IMG/VR virus record: IMGVR_UViG_3300025889_000002
Coordinates: 16,573-80,572 of that record
Reading direction: 5' to 3' (one strand)
Length of the DNA: 64,000 bases
From: a virus
The notes under the pieces were generated by a model. The model searched no databases. It was given only the letters and a program-made list of their open reading frames with translations, and was not told the DNA's origin. Positions within the stretch are counted from its first letter, which is position 1, and each line of letters opens with the position of its first letter. A program made the translations under genes and the position numbers. This document shows, piece by piece, positions 56,844 to 64,000 of the stretch.

Positions 56844-58081
56844 GGGCAATATCGTAACCTTGCTCCACCAGCGCCCTAAGCACCGCCGACGCAGCAGCTT
56901 CGGAAGCCGCCTTGAACACATTGTCTGCCTGATCTTCAATATGTGTGCGGCTCAAGTATTCCTCTAGTGTGCTTGGACGGAAATCATCAGGCCCGTTATT
57001 GGCCCAATCCGTATGATCGGTATATTCTGAATTTGGCCAAGGAAAACTCTTGCGCGCGCCTTCTTCGATTGCCTTCGTGATTATCTCTTTCGGTGTCATC
57101 ATACCCTCTCCCTACCATGCTTCAGAGATACCAGGAGCATGTCTATAACGTGCCGTGATGTGCCAAGGCCAAGCTGCTCGGCAATGCGGTGGGGGAGAGG
57201 GCGATTGCCACCTCGTCGGCAACGAATTTACTCACAGCCTTGGCTAAGGCGGCGTGGCTAGCGTCTTCCTTCGACTGCTCCCGAATTATCCGGAATGCGT
57301 CGATGTAGTGGTACTCTGGATTAAGCGCCTCCACGGCCTCGGAGTTGGCCTTGGTCATACTCTCGATCCTTTGAATATCCGCGCAAACAGTCCGGGCCTC
57401 TCCATGGGCAGGATGCGCGCGTTGTAGTGGTAGCCGCCGCCAAAGTTCTGGCGAGGTGCGCACCTGTGGCTGCGTTCGTATGTGTGCGAGCGGGTCATTC
57501 GATCACCACCTTGACCGCGCCAGACTTTACGATGTCCACGATTTCGCGCTTAGTCAGGTTGTGGATGGCAGAGCGAATAGCCGCCGAAAGCGCATCTGCC
57601 TCCTTGCGGACGGCGCTGTTCAGTATCTGACGGGCTTCACTTGGGGGCCTTCCGTATCCGCCGAGATCGAACATGGTGAACGTGGATAGGTCGTCCAGAA
57701 GGCTCACTGCCTTGTCGTAGATTTTCTGGCCTGCGTCGTCGTCCAGTTTGGCGTTGGCGATGTCGGTGGCGAGAGAATAGCCTGCGTTCGTAATGATCCG
57801 CTCAGCGTTCTCTCTGGCATATCCACTTAGCCCAGAAAGGATGGCGTCCTTGATCTCGGCCTCATTGACATACTCCATGATGTCGATATCCATCTCAAAC
57901 ACTCCCTGCCATTGATTGTGCGTCGTCCCATTCGGCGTTGAGATCCGCCCACCTCGCCTCGCCCATCCTGTCGCGTGCGTGGGCTATGTGCCGATCCAGG
58001 CTGTAGTTCGCCTCCCATTCGCGGGTGAGAACATCACGCGCGGCATGGTCTTGCTGGCGGCTGAGTTGTGCTGTGCGGCTC
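56815..58081 (-). other. Leftward cluster of small hypothetical genes
   Basis: Chained ORFs 56815-57102, 57143-57358, 57355-57498, 57495-57902. Confidence 0.6.
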
Positions 58082-58421
58082 ATGCGGGCACCGTGATAGC
58101 GAGGACAAGCCAAGCCCCTTTGCAGGCAAGATGAATGGCCTGATCCTGATTGAAGGTAATCTTGCCGCGACACTTTGCGTCGTCAGTGAACCAGTGGATC
58201 GCCGCTTCAGCAAAGAACAGCCACCAGATGCCAGTAATGAAGGCGACAAAAGCGCCATGGATCGCAACGTGTGCGCCAAGGGCTTGCCACCACGGAACAC
58301 CGGGTATTGGCGTAGTGCGGTTCTTCGCTTTCGAAAGAAAATCACCTTGCAGCGGGTAGTCCGCTAAGGCGTGACCTGCGACAAGCGCGATTGCCATCAT
58401 AGGTATGGTTTCAACTAGCAT
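58080..58421 (-). CDS. DUF3307-like membrane protein
   Basis: GHALADYPLQ..H..IHG..HWFTD..DQAIH. Confidence 0.75.
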   Translation of the reverse strand: MLVETIPMMAIALVAGHALADYPLQGDFLSKAKNRTTPIPGVPWWQALGAHVAIHGAFVAFITGIWWLFFAEAAIHWFTDDAKCRGKITFNQDQAIHLACKGAWLVLAITVPA

Positions 58422-59158
58422 ATTCAGCCTCCAAGGCTTCTGCCGCCAAATCCCATACGCTGGCCGCTTTAGGGCAATACGCGTCGGGATTGCTCCGGCA
58501 TTGATCGGCTCGCCAGCGGAAATCTTTAATCAGGCGCTTGCCCGCCTCCATCGCCTCATCCAGTTGAGCACGTAGGTCTGCTATCTCTGCCGTGAGGGTA
58601 TCAACTTCATCCCGAGCCTCCCTCAGTACCGACCAATGAACAGCTACGAATGTTTCGCTGGCTGAGAGGCCGTACATTCGACATTCCAAGGCGGGGACGA
58701 TTTCTTGTCCGTTGAGGGCTGAAGTGAAGAACGGTATAGGATGCTTGTAAGTCGGAGATTTCAGATATTCATCTGCCTCCCATGGCTCCGCCTTTGCCTC
58801 CACAACCTCCGGCACGTCCTTGGTCCTATCCATTATGGGTTTCTCCTGTTCTACGGTTTTATCCATGGTTGCTTCCTTTGGGTTGGCGGGGGCGAAGCGC
58901 ATCTTCTGCCGCTCGCATTCCGGCGATTTTGTCCTTCGCGAGCGCGGTCGCCATAATGTCCCGTAGGGCCTTGCGTTCAGCGATCTCTTCAGCGGTTAGA
59001 GGATTGCACCACTCACAACGGCGGGTGCAGAGACACGTCCCCTCCCCCTCGTCATAGGTGTCGCACTGCCATTCCCACGAACAGCCATAGGTGAACCCTT
59101 CGCCGCCGCAGTTCGCGCAAGCGGGACCGTCGTAGTCCAGATCATCTAGGTCATGCTT

Positions 59159-59728
59159 GCTCACGACTTCTCCCCCTCCCCGCGCTCAGGCGGGTCCGTG
59201 CGATCGGGGGCGTCCCACGTTACCAACGGTGTTGCGTAGGGAAGCATGAGAGTATGACGGGGCTGGCCATCCTTGGCCGTGCCGAAGCACATTACAGGCT
59301 TGCCTGTTTCGAACATCATGGCGGCGACTTCCCGCCACCGATTGCGAAGGCTCTTCGGCAACTTCGAGAGAGGCCCCCAGCACGGTATGAGAATATCCGC
59401 CTCGGCAAATATCTGGCGCAAATACTCGTCGTTTTCCGGCCCTACAGGATCCGCCGCAGTGCGCAGTTCACGAACGTCTTTTGCTCGGTAGGCGAACTTG
59501 TTAGCCTTGATGATGCGTGACCATCCCAGCACCTCGCCAAAGCCTAAGTCCTTGCGAATTGTCTGGTCATTCTCGACTGCATCGGCAGTGGATGGGTTCA
59601 CGCCAACCAACGCAGCTACCGCCCCCCCACAAAGGGGGCGAACATCGCGATCAAGGCGAAGGCGGAACGTGCCGCACTCTGAAATAACTGCGCTCACGAC
59701 TTATCCCCCTCCCCACGCTCAGGCGGGT
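59159..59728. repeat. 37-bp direct repeats flanking DUF1643 gene
   Basis: 59159-59195 and 59692-59728, 2 mismatches. Confidence 0.85.
59161..59697 (-). CDS. DUF1643-family protein
   Basis: AVISECGTFR..L.R, NPSTADA..D.TI, GQPRH.L. Confidence 0.8.
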   Translation of the reverse strand: MSAVISECGTFRLRLDRDVRPLCGGAVAALVGVNPSTADAVENDQTIRKDLGFGEVLGWSRIIKANKFAYRAKDVRELRTAADPVGPENDEYLRQIFAEADILIPCWGPLSKLPKSLRNRWREVAAMMFETGKPVMCFGTAKDGQPRHTLMLPYATPLVTWDAPDRTDPPERGEGEKS

Positions 59729-61425
59729 TGGCTAACGCGCAAACACCATCGTAAAGATCCCATGCGACCTTCTTGACGGGCTCCAGCGACATGGCTTTTT
59801 CCGCTCTCGTGCCCTCAGGGCATCGGTAATCGGATATGGCGTCGTTTATGTCCTTAAAGTCTTGCAGGAAGCCGCGTGCATGCCGGTTGGCGATGGCGAC
59901 CATATACAGTGCGCCAAGCGAGCGAATTGTGGCCTTGCCCGTCGCAATGTCTGCGCGGATCATCATCAGGTTGTAATCGCCACCCATCATCCCTCTCCCA
60001 TCCAATGCTTGCGTTGTGGCGGAACACGATGGGCACGGCAATCCCAAATCTGACGGAAGCATGGTGCGGTGGCCGACAGGTGGGTCTATCGCGTATACGC
60101 GCGCAGCTTCGCTTGCTGCCGCAACTTTATCCGGGTCGGTTTCGCAGTAGTCCTTGTCCCACGCTAGCTTCGCCAGTAGGCCCGTCGCCGCTTCTACGTT
60201 CTGGACCCAATCGGCGAATTCGTCGCGATAACGATCATCATCCCAATCGTAGGGGCCGCGCCCTTCAAGTAACCAACGGTGGCCATTCAGGGCGCTTTTG
60301 ATATGGCCGAGTGCAATCGCCACCACATACCGGTCGCGGTCAAGCATGTGGCGCATAGTCGCTATATCGATCACAGCACCCTCTCCTTCATCCAGTGTTG
60401 CTTTTGCGGGTCCGTGCGCCCGTCCGAAGTCTGGCGGGCGAACATGTCGATCCACTCTTTCCAGGTAGCCAACGTCGCCCACACATCGCTGCCCTGCGGA
60501 TAGCTGCCGAAGATCAGGTGCGTGTCGTGCGGTGCGCAAAGCTGGCGCTGGATCGTATCGGCCAGCTTGCGAGCCTTGGCCGCGTCACAATGGCCTGTAT
60601 CGGCACCATGGCGCAGAACCGTGATGGCTGCGTTGGCGCGGGCAATAAGGCGATCAGCGGAGATCTGCGATGTGTTGCGCGTATGCTGGTTGTAGGAGGT
60701 TAGGGCGCGGGTGAGATTGGAGGGGGCGTTCATGCGAAGTCCTCCTCGCGAAAGCCTGTGCGCATTTCCCATTCGGGCCGGTCGTCATATCCCTGCGGTT
60801 CCGGCTGCGGGCGCGATCCACCTCCGGTTTTAGCTTTGGCGATTACTGCCTCCATCGCTTGGACCTGTGCGCTGTGGCCAAACGGGCGCAGCAGCTTAAC
60901 GGCAAACTCAAGGTGGGCGAGCAACTCCGGTGACGCTGCGATTAAGCGGGCATTGGCTTCAGTCTCATTTGGGTAATTGAAGGCGTTTATGCCTTTGGCT
61001 TGCACAGCAGCAAGGGTTGGCAATTTACCTAAAGGCGCGACGTAGTAGCCCTCGTAATTAGAGGCATATCCGAATCCCCAAGGCCCCGGCGTATGCCCAC
61101 CCTCGGCGCGTTCGATCTTGGAGGGGGTCATGCTGCGATCCTGATGCGTTCGGCAATGCGCTTGCGTTCATCGGCGCGAATTTCATCTTCACTCTTTCGA
61201 ACGGACGAAGGCGAAAGAACGGCTGAAAGATGGTCAGCGTCTTCTGTGGCAAGGCCGAAAAGGGTTATGTCAAAGCAACCCTGCGCGGTGTCGATCATGA
61301 TTGATACGGCGTTGCTATTATTGTGGGCGACAGAAGTGCTGCGGACTCCGCTAACTTCGTGGATCATTATGGAAGTAGCCATGCTCTTAACTCCTTTGCC
61401 AATCGTCGGATTGGTCTGTGTTGGT

Positions 61426-61513
61426 GATGGGGTTATGGATGAGGCAATCTAGCCTGTCAAGCATTAGTTTTGCAAAATAAGTGCTGGACGTGCGTGAAAT
61501 TAGCATATATAGT
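61426..61513. promoter_or_regulatory. Divergent promoter region
   Basis: Leftward TTGACA-17-CATAAC; rightward TGGACG-17-TATAGT. Confidence 0.55.
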
Positions 61514-61520
61514 ATTCGGC

Positions 61521-61715
61521 ATGGACAAGAAAGCCGAACTCGATAAGCTTCACTCACGGGTCTTTGCGCTTCGCAAAACTATGGGCCAGGTGTGCAATGA
61601 AGCAGGTGTCGCGCACTCAACAGTGTCGCGATGGAATAACAACCCAGACAGCATGACGGCTGGCACGCTCCGAAGGATGGAGATTGCATTAGAGCGTATG
61701 GAGGCAGGACAATGA
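61521..61715 (+). CDS. Cro-like HTH regulator
   Basis: MGQVCNEAGVAHSTVSRW; positional equivalent of 22217. Confidence 0.75.
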   Translation: MDKKAELDKLHSRVFALRKTMGQVCNEAGVAHSTVSRWNNNPDSMTAGTLRRMEIALERMEAGQ

Positions 61716-62123
61716 GTGATTGGAAGGAAGGCGATCTGGCTTTGTGTGTCCGGACTCGCCTTGGACGTTGGCGTCAGGATCCGCATCCTTGCGAGGTCGG
61801 CAGAATTTATGAAGTCGAACGCATTGTGCCTACGAAGAATGAAGGGTTGGGGCTAGGTCTGGTCAATATCGTATTCCCGAACTGTTTTCTGAACGCAGAC
61901 ACTGAGAAAAACTACCGCAAAGTAACACCTGAGAAAGCCGACGAGTTCGACCGCGAAGTTATCTTCCACATGCAGAACCAAAGGATAACCCAATGACACA
62001 CAAAGACTACAGCCCCCACCCTTTCTCGATAGCGCTGTTCGCGTTTATCGCGGGATGCACGTTCGGCGGGTTTCTCTGGTTCCTCACGCAAGCGATTGCG
62101 GGCGTTGTTGGGGAGATGGTGGG

Positions 62124-63461
62124 GTGAGATACGGTTCGGTGTGTTCGGGTATCGAGGCTGCTACAGTAGCGTGGCATCCGATCGGCTGGACGCCTGCATT
62201 CTTCTCGGAGATCGAGAAATTCCCCCGCGCTGTTCTGGCGCACCACTACGCCGACACACCGTGTCATGGCGACTTTACCACAATCGGAGCATATGAATAT
62301 GGGCCAATTGACCTTCTTGTCGGAGGAACTCCATGTCAATCATTCAGCATCGCAGGACTCAGAGGCGGCTTGGCAGACGACCGTGGGAACCTGGCCCTCG
62401 AATATCTTAGACTTGCTCAACGAACACGGCCCCAGTGGTTGGTTTGGGAGAACGTCCCCGGCGTCCTGTCAAGCAACGGAGGAAGGGACTTTGGTTCCAT
62501 TCTCGGGGGCATGGTCGAACTCGGGTATGGCATCGCCTACCGAGTGCTTGACGCTCAGTACTTTGGAATTCCACAGCGGCGCCGCCGCGTGTTCGTTGTC
62601 GGATGTCTTGGAGACTGGCGACGTGCCGCAGCGGTTCTTTTTGAGCGCCACAGCCTGTCGGGGCATCCTGCGCCGCGCAGAGAAAAGGGGCAAGTCGCTC
62701 CCACCGTCCCTAGCCGCGGCTCTGCAGGCGGTGGCCTCGGAACCGACTTCGACTGCGATGGCGGATTGACAGTAATGGCGCACGGCCAAGGCGGTGCGGA
62801 AATAACCACAGGCAAGGCGCCCACACTTTCCTGCAATCATGAAGCGCCGATTCTTGCTCATTCGCTTCGGGCTGAAGGTTTCGACGCAAGCGAAGACGGC
62901 ACGGGGAGAGGGACGCCGCTTGTACCGGTGGCCATCCAAGAGCGCGCCACTTCGGAAAACGAAGCTGCCGGTCCGGACGGCAAAGGCTTCCGCACCGATG
63001 GCATGGCCTACACGCTTGAAGCCCGGGCGACGGTGCAGGCGGTAGCGTTCGGACTAGCCACGCAGCAAGAACCGAAATGGGCAGAGGAACTTTGCCCAAC
63101 ACTTCAGGTGCCGAGTAGGTGCGGTGGTGGTCAGCCTGATGCAGTCGCGTTCGATATGCGGGGGCGTGACGGTGGTGCGCAGTTCGAAGGCCCCCACGAC
63201 ACCGCGAATATCCGCGCTGCGTCTGGCGGTTCGTCCCGCTCCTATGTCGCCAGTTCCGCAGTCCGCCGCCTTACCCCCATGGAATGCGAACGCCTGCAAG
63301 GCTTTCCTGACGGCTACACGCAAATACCGTGGCGCGGGAAAGATGCAGACCAATGCCCAGACGGGCCGCGGTACAAAGCGCTAGGAAACTCGATGGCTGT
63401 TCCGGTGATGAACTGGATTGGCCGGCGCATCGAACAAGTAAACCAAAAGGAACCCACATGA
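62124..63461 (+). CDS. C5 DNA cytosine methyltransferase
   Basis: SVCSGIEA, GGTPCQSFS, ENV, QRRRRVF, ECERLQGFPD, GNS. Confidence 0.95.
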   Translation: MRYGSVCSGIEAATVAWHPIGWTPAFFSEIEKFPRAVLAHHYADTPCHGDFTTIGAYEYGPIDLLVGGTPCQSFSIAGLRGGLADDRGNLALEYLRLAQRTRPQWLVWENVPGVLSSNGGRDFGSILGGMVELGYGIAYRVLDAQYFGIPQRRRRVFVVGCLGDWRRAAAVLFERHSLSGHPAPRREKGQVAPTVPSRGSAGGGLGTDFDCDGGLTVMAHGQGGAEITTGKAPTLSCNHEAPILAHSLRAEGFDASEDGTGRGTPLVPVAIQERATSENEAAGPDGKGFRTDGMAYTLEARATVQAVAFGLATQQEPKWAEELCPTLQVPSRCGGGQPDAVAFDMRGRDGGAQFEGPHDTANIRAASGGSSRSYVASSAVRRLTPMECERLQGFPDGYTQIPWRGKDADQCPDGPRYKALGNSMAVPVMNWIGRRIEQVNQKEPT

Positions 63462-63666
63462 CCATAGACATAGGCCCTGGATACGATCGGCCAGCCTTCA
63501 ACGCATACGCCGCTTACCAGAGCGAGCGTGAATATAGCCACAAGCTTGAAGAAGCCCTGTCTGCTGCCCTTTCCCTGCTCGACATGGAAAATGGCCGCCG
63601 TGCCCTTCGAGGCGAGGATGTGGGCCACCTTCAGGCATTCGTTAAACAGACCCGGGAGATTTGGGC

Positions 63667-64000
63667 ATGAACGTAATTTTTCTCGACATAGAATCTTTGC
63701 CAAGCCAATCGGCTGAATACCGCGCAGAGGTCCGCAACACCATCACCGCACCGGCACAATACAAGAAGCCCGACAGCATTGCACAATGGATCGCAGACAA
63801 CGGCGATGCGGCTGCTGACGAGATTGTTGCCAAGACCAGCTTTAATCCCGCGCACGGCCATATCTGCACGATAGGTTTTGCGATTGGTGATGAGCCAGTA
63901 GAAACTCTCAGTATTGGGTCAAATATTGATCTTGAGTGGGATATCCTACACGAGTTCTTCGAAGCACTCCCCACGCAAGGGCTTAACCGCTTCATCGGCC
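63667..64000 (+). CDS. 3'-5' exonuclease (3' truncated by window)
   Basis: Second copy of 23544. Confidence 0.85.
   Translation, partial: MNVIFLDIESLPSQSAEYRAEVRNTITAPAQYKKPDSIAQWIADNGDAAADEIVAKTSFNPAHGHICTIGFAIGDEPVETLSIGSNIDLEWDILHEFFEALPTQGLNRFIG

Larger units (their letters stand above)
23544..63666. mobile_element. Phage unit B (complete permuted genome, 40,123 bp)
   Basis: Runs from exonuclease ATG 23544 to the next exonuclease ATG 63667; contains terS, terL, portal, capsid, tail, lysis and early genes once each. Boundaries are operational. Confidence 0.8.

Noticed and set aside
62266-62769. 167-aa alternative-frame ORF inside the C5 methyltransferase
   Set aside because: No independent evidence of translation; may follow from conserved methyltransferase motifs.

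Overview
The whole window is phage DNA. It holds two related but divergent podovirus-type genomes arranged head-to-tail, with gene style consistent with an alphaproteobacterial host (inference). Unit A is partial (~1-23.5 kb): scaffold, capsid, tail, ejection, tailspike, lysis, leftward accessory arm, Cro-like gene. Unit B is one complete permuted genome of 40,123 bp (~23,544-63,666): exonuclease, ERF, SSB, NinB, replication genes, accessory cassettes, terminase, portal, then the same structural, lysis, leftward-arm and Cro layout. I see no host genes, integrase, CI repressor or CRISPR array. The two units act as a built-in comparative alignment, which exposes several unannotated elements. (1) Each unit has a different, malformed tRNA-like RNA between the spanin genes, in the same closing stem and behind the same antisense promoter. 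(2) An identical 32-nt SD-hairpin-CCC_TTT_C signal looks like a +1 programmed frameshift fusing an ejection protein to a lytic transglycosylase. (3) A ~480-nt heavily base-paired non-coding region has its own promoter. (4) A covarying two-hairpin motif covers late-gene ribosome-binding sites. (5) Promoter/operator micro-cassettes and short linker repeats appear to shuffle accessory genes. All protein names come from motif recognition and synteny, not database searches.
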